Shown piece after piece: positions 35,101 to 46,900 of a DNA stretch of 64,000 nucleotides. Position 1 is the first letter of the stretch. Every line of letters starts with the position of its first letter. Under the pieces are notes generated by a model that ran no database searches, was not told the origin of the DNA, and saw nothing but the letters and a program-made list of their open reading frames with translations. The translations under genes and the position numbers were made by a program. The stretch covers positions 569,183 through 633,182 of the forward strand of contig NW_003314277.1 in NCBI RefSeq assembly GCF_000143415.4, read 5' to 3'. Source of the DNA: Selaginella moellendorffii. Its lineage: Eukaryota; Plantae; Lycopodiophyta.

Positions 35101-37441
35101 TAATGTTGATCTTATTGTAGCTTTATATTTCTCATATGTTATTCCTATTATTTTTAAATATTCATCAAGCTCTAAATTTTTTAGATCTATAGTTTTATCT
35201 TTTAGTATTATTTTTATTTTTTTGTAAATCATTGCATAAGAATCCTTTTCATGTTTTGTAATGTCTTTTATAAGATCTAAGATTTCTGTTTGTGGTATTG
35301 GAGGAATTGGGTAATTAAGTCTACAATTTATATTTTTATATTTTTTACATGTTTTTCTATGTTTATGAGTTTGAACATCTTTTTATATTATCTGGTAGTT
35401 TCTCTGAATCAATACATATATTCTGAATAGCTTATTCTTTTATTTGTTCTTTTGTGGTGGATTTTCTAATCATATTAGTGCGTGTTCATGTGGTGTACCA
35501 TGTTGTTGAAATTGTATTACAAATAAATAGTCTTTTACTTTCCTTCCAAATATGTGATAATTGGACATTAATAATTTTCTAAATACTGATGTTTTATGTG
35601 CATAATATCGTATTGTGGTGATTGGATCGGCTCTTAGTATTTTATATATTTTCTCTTTTTCATTTAAATTTTCTATCTCTTCTTTTTGTTATATATCTGT
35701 TTTCAAATGTTTTAAACAATTTATTAATGGTTCCGAATGTCTTTCTGAACAGCTAAGAGTTAAGAATAGTGTTGGTGGTCCTAATTATCTTATCATGGCA
35801 AATGCATATTTTTTTAGTACTTCTAAATTATCTGGTGATGTTCTTAGATTTCTTAAATCTCTAAAACCAATGTTTGACTTTAATATTTTATCCATATTTC
35901 CATTTTCAAGCACATCTTTTTATGTGATTTTTCTTCCTTCATAAGTAAATTTTTTTAATCTAAAACCTACATTTTGATTGACAAATTTGATATCAGTTTT
36001 TACAGCTGCTGTAAATATATGTTCAATATGTCATGCAAATTTTCTATCCTCATTCATTAATTCCCATTGGATTATTTCTTAGTATATAAATTTACATTTT
36101 ATGTCTAATGGTCTTGGTTTTCCACCAAATAATTTTGGATAGCTCATTTCTTCAGTATTTTCATCTACAAATAATCTTAATGGGTGTTGTCCTTGACCAG
36201 GTGCTATAACTAAAACTTTATTTGTAAAATTATCTATTTGGTTTGCATCTAAGAAGCTAATTACCAAAGTATTTGTTGGTAATATCTCATTATCAGGGTT
36301 GTTTATAAAATTTACACTATCATCATCTTCATTTAATTCTTGTTGCAATTCGTTTTCTAATATTATTTGTGTGTTATTATCTATATTGTATAAATTTTGT
36401 GCTTGTTGAAACCAATTTTCATCTATATTAATTTTATTTTTCTTATATAGTTCTGTTTCTTGTAATTGTTTTATACTAATATAAATATAATGTGGTCTGG
36501 CTATTCCATATTTATAATAATATTTATCTGTTAATCTTCGTTTCAGCTGAATTGTAATTGTTTGTGTTTCTTCAAATGTTCTTGGTATTTTATTAATTAT
36601 TGGTTTAATATTAGTTGGGACATTTATTATTCCTCCTTTTATGTGTTGCTGATATTGAGGTTGATTTTGTATTGTTATATTTGCAAATAAAATATGTAGA
36701 GTTAGCATTTTCTCTTCAATATCATTTAGTTGTTCTGTATATTGATCAATTTGATTCATTCTAATTTTTTCTGGACTTTTATATTTTTGTCTATTTGTCA
36801 TGCATTTATTGCATGCATATTCTTGTTTTTTTTGTTATATTTAAACCAAAGTCTTTTACATATTTTACATGGATGTATCGGTATATTTTGTATAGCTTCA
36901 TTATACATTTGTAGTGCTTTCATACTTTTGTATTATTCATGTCATATTCATTTTTTTTGTTGTTCTTTCTCTTTTATTGTTTTTTTTTCTTTGCTTCTAA
37001 TATAATATACTCTTCTTTTAAGTTTCTCATCTGATATAGTACTCCCTGTTCTTTGTTAAAAAATATTTATTTTTTCATTTGTTTGTTTTTGTGACTTCGA
37101 AGTTTCCATATGTATTTTGTCTTCTTCTGTTGTATATTTTTTTTTTTGTAAAGTATTTTCTTCATATTTTTCTTTGGATATATTAATAGTTTTTATTTGT
37201 TCATTTTTATTCTTTCTTGATAAATAATAGTATCTAGAAACAATTTGTTGCTCAGTTAAATCAATATTATGGTTAAATTTTAGTTCTTTTGCTTTTTTAT
37301 TTGCAGATCCTTTAATTGATAAAAATTTGCATCTAAAAGTTCTGTCCATTCAAATTTTCTCTTTGTCATAATTTTGCCCTTTATACTTAAATACCCTTAT
37401 TGCCCTTACACCCACCAGATAGGTGGGTGCATCCAGATTAG
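32130..37441 (-). mobile_element. Decayed endonuclease-bearing Helitron (Helentron-type) RepHel: DUF6570-like region, HUH Rep, Pif1 helicase, AP-like endonuclease
   Basis: Very AT-rich. Rep: LGPPTLFLTLSCSE, QFQQHGTPHEH, DIQIILDRYAVASYCLSYI. Pif1: LFLTGEAITG, APTGKAA, VDEIS, GDFYQL, LTEIMRQKDD, TIHRAQGST, QAYTTLSR. EN: VIITGDFNID, LIDHIW, YWTDH. Many stops and frameshifts. Termini uncertain. Confidence 0.88.
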
Positions 37442-38914
37442 TTTTTTCTATGATTGTTTAGCTGATCAAGATTGTTTAAAGAGATTCAACAATCGAACCG
37501 AATGGACTATTTTTAACCTACTTTCAGCAAGTATTAATTCTCTATCTTTCAATCAACAGTTTTGTGAAGGCTAATAATTGATAATCTAGACCAGTAGAAA
37601 CAATCAAAGACCTTTTACTTACTTCTCAATGTTATTCCGTTGAAAGCCATTTATGCCCTAAAGCTATATTAAATCTTTATTTAAATGGACCTAAAATGGG
37701 CTTATGAGAGAAACATGAGCACAAGTACTAAACTTGTGATTGTATTGTTTCTGGATCTCTTTCTTTTGGGTTTAATGCCACTACCTCGCATGGATTCTTG
37801 GATCTTGCCGCTTGAACAGCCAAATGGATCATGCAATAGGAGATTTCTGAGGGATACCTTCAAAAAGAGGGCCAATGCTTTGCAAATCCTCAAGATTCCT
37901 TAGCAAAATGAGCTAGGAAAGAAAGAACTTCATCAAAACAAGGTGACATTTTGTTTTTGTAAGTCTTTTAGGAATGGTCTTCATCTTCTTTACGCTACAC
38001 CAGATTGAAAGATTGCACAAGACACTGGACATGGTTAGAAGAGAGATTGATTGAAGAGAGATCTAGCACAAGGTGTGTGATCATCCCTCCTTTTTTTTCT
38101 TTCTTCCTTTTGTTTTTCCTATTCATTCACATAAGCTCCCACAGGATAAGAAGCTCTAGAGTAGCATGTGGCTTTATTAGTTTTTGCAACTGGTTTCTCA
38201 GGTTTGGATTTAGTACTTTGCCATTGGAAACGTAGAGTCTTTGCAGGTTCAAAAATTATACTAGAGGATACTAATGTAGGGACAGTGTCATCCCGAATCC
38301 TGTGAGACAGCAACTCTTCCAGTGCCTTAAACTTCTACTTCTGCCCAGAGAGAAGATTTTCATCATTACAAATCTGTAGTGAGAGCATCTTCAGGCTCTA
38401 CTAATAGTGGCAGCCCTAGACGAGGTAGTCAAGTCCAAAGAAAGTTGTTCAAAATGTCGAGAGAGATATCTTCGACAAGGCAAGATGATTCCACAAACAA
38501 GTAACATTGTTCTTGCCATGGAGATTGGTATCTAGCATGATGTTTTTAGTTTACAGGGTTGGCTATGGAAAACCCCTCGCATGTCCAATGATAAGTCCCT
38601 GAGAAGTTGATGGACTCAAAGATGGTTTGAAGTAATTTATAACTTTCTTTCTCATTAGAACATTTTTTTATATACCTTGATTCAGGTTCTACTTGAAAGG
38701 ATTTCTTTTGAGCTATTACAGGGTGAAGGAGAGCTTAACATCGCCAAAGATGGATATCCAGAGCCAAGAACTAAAGTGAACCTTTGATGTATGTGTGCCT
38801 TCCTGTTTAACTTTCTTCTAAGCTGCTTTGTTTTTCTTTTGTAAGCTATCCAGTACAATCCAGTAGGAGCACGGTCATTCAGGTCTTTGAAGGTTGCCCT
38901 TGAAAGACTTGACT

Positions 38915-41100
38915 TTAGTGTAAGTATAAAGTACTTGCAATGTGAAGTGCCATTGCTATTAGCATTTTGTTGATGCTACAGGATAATATGATTTGAGTAA
39001 AAAGGTGCATACAATGAAGTTCTGCTACTAATGGTATGCTTTCTAGATCCTGTCTACTATACGGCTTCTTCATACTTTCAAATTCGAGTCCTGGCTCAAA
39101 TTTTTGATTGCCATACTCTTTTGTCAAGAGCACTACAAGAGCGTACATAGTTTCAAGCATCTAGTTCAAACAAATCAACAACAAAGCTGAAATTTGGAAT
39201 TGCTTGTGGTTCAAGCTCTTTCACGTTTATTTTCTTGCATATTTACTGCAAGATGGGGTTTAGCATCTAGTATAGAAAGCAATACACCATGTTCTTCACC
39301 CAGTTTCTCTGAAGTCCTCAAGAAACTCCCTATCCGGATGCACAATGATCATTTTTCTGAATTCTGGTGTTAGGCGTACAATGTTAACGTGGTAGATTAC
39401 CTGAGAGGGGCTTTTAGAGGTAGCTTGTGTTTCTCGCATATTAGTTCTCTTGGAAATTTCAAGTTGCTGTGCAATGCAATCAACAACAATCTTGTGAGTC
39501 GTGGCCATGGGATTGCTAGTTTGTGTGCTTTGAAATCTAGAAATTGTTAAAAGAAGCACTGCAAAATTTCACAAATAGATATTTGTATTATAGAGAAAGC
39601 AATTGAAAAATAAACAAGAGACAATTGTTTCTATTTCTAGTTGTTGGCAATTTCCATGGCTGAATTGTATGGTGTCTCAAAATGGACAATAATATTTGCC
39701 TCATTCAATAGAAAGAACCTATTGGTTTTGAAGACAGATAAATAGCAATCTTTTTTGGGGACTCCATAGCAAACTTGACCATAGACCCTTCATCAAAATT
39801 ATAAATTTTATCCACCATTTTATCATGCATTGTGACTCTATATTCCATCATGTTATTTGATATAATAGAACCAGTTATTGTAGCTGATTTACGAAGGATG
39901 GAACGCCCTTTACACTTTGCGCAAACAACAAAACTATCTTCTCTCTAGCAAAATGAGCAAAGACTTTCAGCTTGAGTGAGGCTTTATTGATTGTCAGGGA
40001 TGAAATATCCACTAATCTGTATAATTGGTAGTTAGAGTTGAAAGTAGATGTAAGCAATTTACATTACCTTGTCTTTAGAAGTGAGACCACGGTATGTTTT
40101 ATAAACTTCATTGAGCCTCTAAATTTCGTTTGAATCAACTAGTGGCAAAAATAAAGTACTTCCAAGTGTTCCTAAATCACCTGATACACTCATGCTTTTC
40201 ATAATATTAAAAAATAAAAACTTTGGCATATATCCAGCATATAAATCTGCTACAATATGATGATACTACTCTTCATGCTCCGAATGCATATAGAGCTGTG
40301 AAAATATCTTAGAAATAGAAAATTAAATAAGAAAAAACATTACCATAATTATGTCCAAAGGATTATCAAAAGAAGCAATCTTTATTTTAGGAAAAACACC
40401 AGTGTTGATTACAACAGCATGTATAGCTTGTGGATAAACTCTAGTAGCCATTAAAGATGATATAGAAGCTCCTCTAGTTGGCTGTAATCTTAGTTTAACA
40501 TCAAAATCATCTATAATTTGAATGATAGAAGAATCTATAATATAAAGAACTTTTTCTAAAGTTCCATGGTGGTAAACTGGGTTTTTCTGTTGTTCAACCC
40601 ATCTGAAGTGAGAGAATTATAATCTTGTTAATTTTTTTTAAAAAAAATTACAAACCTTGTAAGTGAGAAACATTTACCAACCATAAATTTATTATATAAT
40701 CATGCACACATGGATGAATTGCCATATATAGTTAAAGTTTGCAAGCCATGCATATCTGTACAATCCATTATATAAGTTAAGTATTTTGCACTTTGTAGAG
40801 TGTTCTTTGCAAGATGAACTTTATAAGTTCCATACCTAGGCAAAAAGCAAATCAAAACTACAGAAAGAAAACGATTTCAACATATGTAGATAAAATCTTC
40901 AGCTCAAGAATTTTGGTTGAATTTGCTTTTTCAAAGATAAGTGATGCAATAGTGGCTTTTAGGATGGTCAACTTTTTCCTCCTTGCTTGTGAAACTACAA
41001 AACCAAGAAATACTAAGGAATAAAGAGAAAAACCAAACCTTCATAAGAATTTGTTTATAGACAAATCCTCAGCAGATGATGACTAAACAATATCCATAGC
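38915..41100 (-). pseudogene. Decayed multi-exon gene, possibly RPA1-like OB-fold ssDNA-binding protein associated with the Helitron
   Basis: Short GT-AG introns. The exon starting at 40835 reads YLTYIMDCTDMHGLQTLTIYGN...*LYNKFMVGKCFSLTR, resembling an RPA70 OB-A strand pattern. Confidence 0.4.
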
Positions 41101-43077
41101 ACAATCCAAATCTGACATATCTATGTGATTGATTAAACAAAATTACCTCTAGCTAATTTATACTAGTAAAAGGATCCAAAAATAAACTAGACTTTAGTTT
41201 GAAGAATCGAAAACAAAAAAGAATAAAACTTTGAGCTAAAAATTAAAATCCATCAACTTGCCCAACATAGGGTTATGGCAGACAATAAACCAATTCCACA
41301 TGTGACAAACCTTCTAAACCTTTTCAACCTTTTCATGCACTGACTCTCCTCATTTGTAAACATCCTTGCCAGATACTTCTCATCATCGTCCAAGCTGAAG
41401 CTAGAAGCAGCCTGACTCTACTCCTCAGCTACTACAATCTCCCTCCATCCGTCGCTTTAGAAAAGAGGAATGAATAGGAATAGAAAGATTGTCCTCCACT
41501 GATCTTTGTTTTCTACCCACTGCCCACTCAGATAATAGGGAGCCATACAGAGGAAGATCTAAGCTCCATCCATAGTTGCGTTCCAGGTTGATTGATTGAT
41601 TCTGGGCAATCAATCTGTACTGCCATGGTGGGTTTCTAATCTTGGATCATGGCTCTCAGCTCAAACCTCCAAGGAGAGCCAATTCTCAATCAATTCACTA
41701 GTCCAAATATGATTTTCTTGACGCTTCCCAGTGACAAGAGCAATCCATTGGAGCCAGTGGACAATGCAGTGGCCAGGAATGACGATAGCATCATGATTGA
41801 TCTCGAGGGGGCACTACTCAAATCCCTAAGCTGGTTTCAATGCTTCGTGCTTGTCACAATTGAGGCTGGGAGGCCTCTATGAGTGCTCCTCTTTTTCATT
41901 CTTCCCTTCACGTGGATCACTGGCTGCTTTGTCTATCCAGTTTTGGCTTCAGATTCTTTGCTTCATGGCAGAGCCTTGATTGAGGGCCTTGGCAGTGGAA
42001 CTTTGAGAGCTCCCTTGCAATTGCCATTCTGGACATAGAGCTCAACCAATGCACTATATATTACATAGTTTCTTTGGCTCAAGCTCCAAAAACCACATAT
42101 GCTCATGATGATATAAAGTGGTTAGAAAAGTTTATAAATTATAAATATGAAATTAATCTAAATGAATAACCACCATTGGATGATAGAATATCCTAGAATA
42201 TCCAAGCATATTCTAAGTATATTCATTACCATCCCAATCCCCCTGTAGGTTTGCTTAAGCAAACCAAAAAGGTGGATGTTACTGTGGCAAATTTCACTCA
42301 CAATATAGTATCTATGTGGCAATTTTCTATTGGTTTAGCATTAAATGTCATTTGGATGCCTCATGGATGCCTCATGGATGCTAGCCCGATGGGTATGGGT
42401 GGACACATTCTCATCGGAGACGGATCAGAGGTTCTTTCTGTATCAACCAAAAACCGGGAACTCTAACTTTGAACCCAGGGCTGCATTGGAGCCATATATT
42501 AGATCATGCACAACATATAGTATATGTTGGCAGTTAGAACCGCCAACCTTTCAAAAGGGGGAATCCAAATTGTGGATCCTTATCTCCATTCATTATTTTT
42601 TTTTATCAATACACAGCATTTTTTTACTCATCCTTCTTCTCAGCCTTTAGAGATTAGGCCCTTTTCTCTTTTGTTTTGTTACTAACAATAGATTTCCAGC
42701 AAAGAAGACCTCTTCATTTGGCAACCACGGCCTCTGAATTCCCCTTCAGGTTCACAAATTCTTCCATTCTTTCTCCATTCTCTATGCACAGATAGCAAGA
42801 ATGATCGAAAAATCTACCCACCTCACCCAAATTTGCCCAAATTACACCCAAATTCGTAAATTCGCCCAAATTCAACAAGTAAATGCCACCATCAACATGG
42901 ATCAATGGTGTCCAAGCAGTTGCTGCCTAACGCAGTATAGACAGATGCTTTCCAGAGGAGATCTTTGAAGAATCTGAAAGCTCTCTCTCAAGATCTCCAA
43001 GTCTCATCACCAACAAAGAACACCAACAACCCTTTTCGACAAGAATCTCCAGTCGCCCAGCACCTTCATCAGTGGAC

Positions 43078-43594
43078 TGTAAACCTCCTGAGTTTGGACT
43101 TCCCGGGAGGTCACTCAGCCCAGTACTATTCAAACCCAAGGACGCTTAACTCCAACTATCCCAAGACCCTTAACCGATTGGAAAAGGGGGTGCACTCTTA
43201 TTCATGGGCCCTTTCCCTCTATATTTGAACCCCTATGGATCGTCTCTCGAGTTGTTCCCTATGGTTGCTTACAATCCACCACGCTTCCCTGCAAGTTCAC
43301 GCCCTCGTGAACGGAAGCTGAGAGCCACAGCTCTCCCGAGAGCCCCGCTCTCTTGACAGCGACCAACAAAGTCGGACTCGAGACCCCTCTGATACCAAAT
43401 GTAAGCTCCTGAGTTTGGACTTCCCGGGAGGTCACCCAGCCCAGTACTATTCAAACCCAAGGACGCTTAACTCCAACTATCCCAAGACCCTTAACCGATT
43501 GGAAAAGGGGGTGCACTCTTATTCATGGGCCCTTTCCCTCTATATTTGAACCCCTATGGATCGTCTCTCGAGTTGTTCCCTATGGTTGCTTACA
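43078..43594 (-). mobile_element. Cassandra-type TRIM retrotransposon with 5S rRNA-derived LTR core
   Basis: LTRs 43078-43273 and 43400-43594; TSD TGGAC; PBS TGGTATCAGAG (tRNA-iMet); 126-bp internal region. On the minus strand each LTR has AGTTAAGCGTCCTTGGGTTTGAATAGTACTGGGCTG(G/A)GTGACCTCCCGGGAAGTCC, matching the plant 5S internal control region. Confidence 0.93.
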
Positions 43595-43948
43595 TGGACG
43601 CCCTTAGCAACTTCACTGGCGAACTCCATCTCCAAGCACAAGACCACACACTCCAACTCAACTAGCACACTCGACATGAACTGACACCACTGCCGAAACG
43701 AACCCCTCTTCCGTGCAGTCGTTGCCCCGACAATCCTAGCGCTCTAACACGATTCCAGTTCCCATGCCCACTCCCAATACCAAAGCACATCCTCAAAACC
43801 TACACCAACGACGAACCCATCACTCTGTTACCCGGTATCGGAGAACTTGTCAAGGGACAACTTGACAACACACCACCGCTTTTTTGACAACCCCTCCGAC
43901 AGAGTCATCAGCTCAACATTGAAACAACAGTCCAAACTTGGTTCGAAA

Positions 43949-46900
43949 CATAGTTGCTGGAAAACATGTGAAACTTAAAAAACGTAACATTTTAAATGCG
44001 TTCAAAAATGCTGTTCTAAACTCCCAACTCATTTGCACTATTTGTGAAAAGAGACAAAGGTTTTTTTAGGGTTTCTTCAGGGTTCTTGTGGTCATGACAG
44101 GAATTGGAGGACACCGCAAATGCTGGAGCTGGAAGCATGTGATACGAGCAGAGCGGCACTGGACATGTAAGTATTGTCATGAGATTCACACTAGGGGAGC
44201 GGACCGAGTGTGAGCACATCTCATGGAGTTTGGGCAAGAGGTGTGAAAACGTGCAAGGCAATGAGGGAGATCCCTTATGAGGTTCTTAAAAAAGCTCACA
44301 GCAGTTTTTCCGATTCTGAGCTAGCAGACCCAGCAGATGCTGATGATGGGCATCTGCTGCAGCAAGCCGCACAGGGTTCAGGGGGGCCAGCAGAATCTAT
44401 GGTGGCAAGCACGGAGAACTGGTCCAGTGCTGGGACAAGTAGAGCAGTGAAATGCAGATCCTCGGATGGAAATTTGGTGATATTTTTTGATACTTCTTCG
44501 GCTGAGGCACTGGATGATGCTGTTGCAGAGTTCTGCTTTGCCAAGAACATCTCCTTCAACACAATCCGAAGAGACAACTTGAAGAGAATGCTGAAAGTTG
44601 CCGCAAAAGTGGGGCGTCCAATGATTGACAACCTCATGGGATATGAGAAGTTGCGGACAACTGAGCTACAACGAATCTACAACAACGTTCAGAAGCGGCT
44701 TGAAGATGTGCGGCTAAGTTGGAGGACATATGGTTGTACCATTGTCACGGATGGCTGGTCTGATATCAAGAAGCGGTCTCTTATCAATTTCATGGTCAGT
44801 TCTGTGAGAGGCTCAATTTTCCTGAAGGCTATGGACAGCAAGAACGCGAAGAAAACCGGAGCATGGTTGTTTGAGCAGCTGAAACAAGTGATTGCCGAGG
44901 TTGGCGTGGAAAACATTGTGCAGGTGGTGATGGACAATGCAAGCAATTGTGTGGTCATGGGGGAGCTTTTGCAACAGGAGTTTCCACAGATTGTACACGT
45001 TCGCTGCGTTTGCCACATTATGGACTTGCTGTTCGAAGATATTGGAGCTTTGTCTTGGGTGTAGCCTTTCGTCGATGGCTGTGTGAAGACAGTTACCTTC
45101 ATCACCTCAAAGCCACGGGTTCTAGCTCTTTATAGAACTTTTTGCAAACGGGACCTGATAAAGCCTGTGACCACAAGGTTTGCTTATATTTTTCTTGTGA
45201 TGTCTCAGCTTCTGGAGACCATGAATCTCTCCGGGCTTTGAAGAACGGTGGTGAGCCAAGAATGGGAGCGACTTGACTGGTCTAAGAAGCCGGAGGGCCT
45301 GGAGCTACGATCTCGTGTTCTCGATGACTCGTTCTGGGAGCGGTGCGAGAATTTATTAATTTTGCTCGGACCTTTACTTTGAGTTCTTCGGCTCGCTGAT
45401 CGGGAGGGGGCGACTTGAGGCCTCATCTTTGAAGCCATTGATCGGCTGATTGAGAAGATGGATGAGGGAGCTCGAAATGGAATTTATGCACATGAGGAAG
45501 TGGGACAAATCAAGGATTTCCTACTTGAATCACATGGTCTGAAGGAGGCAAGGTGGTATCAAATGCACAACATAATTCATGGAGCTGCTTTTGCTCTTCA
45601 TCCTCTATTTCTGGGGGATAACCCGGAGAACAACAAGTTGGACAATGAGGCACGTTGGAACTGGCTGGAGTACATGCATGTTTATAGCAGAGGTGATCTG
45701 GACTTGCAGTTGAGATTGTAGGCACAGTTTGAGAGGTTTCGGCAACAGCTTGGAAGGCAAATGAGGTTACCTATTGCCAAGGATCGGGAGATGTAGCGCA
45801 CGTGGTTTTGACCCTTTATCCTATGGTGATTTACCATAGGATAACACCACGAAGCGGAACCTAAACCCTCTTTGTGCCACGTGACAGATGCCACGTGTCC
45901 ATGCCACGTGTCCACAGGAACCCGAGGTTCAGGGCCTTGGGCCACTGAACGAAGGAACGGTGCCAAACTCCCAAGCATGGAGCCCAGGAGTGACGGAACC
46001 GAACCACGGAGCAACTCCCGAGCATAAAGCCCAAGGAGCGAACGGACAGGAGCCCGGAGCGACTTGGAACAGTCCTGGAGCAACCAGCATCCCAATGCCA
46101 GGACCAGCACACAAAACGGAGCCAAACGGAGTCTGGCGCTATTTCGGCATACCGGTGGCCTAACGCAAGGATATGGGTACTCCACCAACTAGCATGGAAT
46201 GGAACTTGGGCTTAGACCCAAGCCGGACGCAGAACAAGGACAGGCACGCAAGCGGGAGCTAGACTATGCCTCAGGTTGGTCGGCCATGCCCGACCTACCC
46301 ACTATCCCTACTATACATTTGGAACCCCCCACAGCCCCCCCTCCTTGAGGAACACACGCTTTGGGCTTTCACCCCAAGCCTCCTTTAGTATCAGGAGTTA
46401 GTCTCTGGGACAAGCTCGAAACTTACTAAATATGGAATGTCCCTAGATTGCGAATTTGGACATGGGACGAACACCATTGTGTTCAGGACAATCTCTACAT
46501 TCCATAGATATGCCAAATGAGCAAATCTGGACACTTTCCATAAATAGCATTTGGGACCGAAATGAGACTAACACAAAGGGCATGATAGCGAGGGTGTTTG
46601 GCAGACACGGTAAGCTATCATCCGGCGACATTGAGGGACCAATCTCAATACGCGAGGGTTCTTGTCACTAGCCAGTGCAAGACAAAACGAGACGGGAACT
46701 CCTTACCGGGCTAAGTATGCTTAGCTAATAACACGTAGGAATTCCGTCCTTATGCTCGTCCGGTCTAAGTACACTCGAAATGCCCAGTTAACTCCACTAG
46801 CACAAGAGGGACTGATAAAGGGTCCAGCAATACCGACCTCCTGCCATCGTGGCAGTAAGGTAAGAGTGTCCGTAAGGACTAGCCGACAGGTAACTTTCGA

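Noticed and set aside
41400-42050. Coding-like GC-richer patch
   Set aside because: Stops in the frames examined and no recognisable motif, so it cannot be assigned.
43096-43472. 5S rRNA genes
   Set aside because: Only ~56 nt of the internal region is present, embedded in LTRs; not full 120-nt genes.
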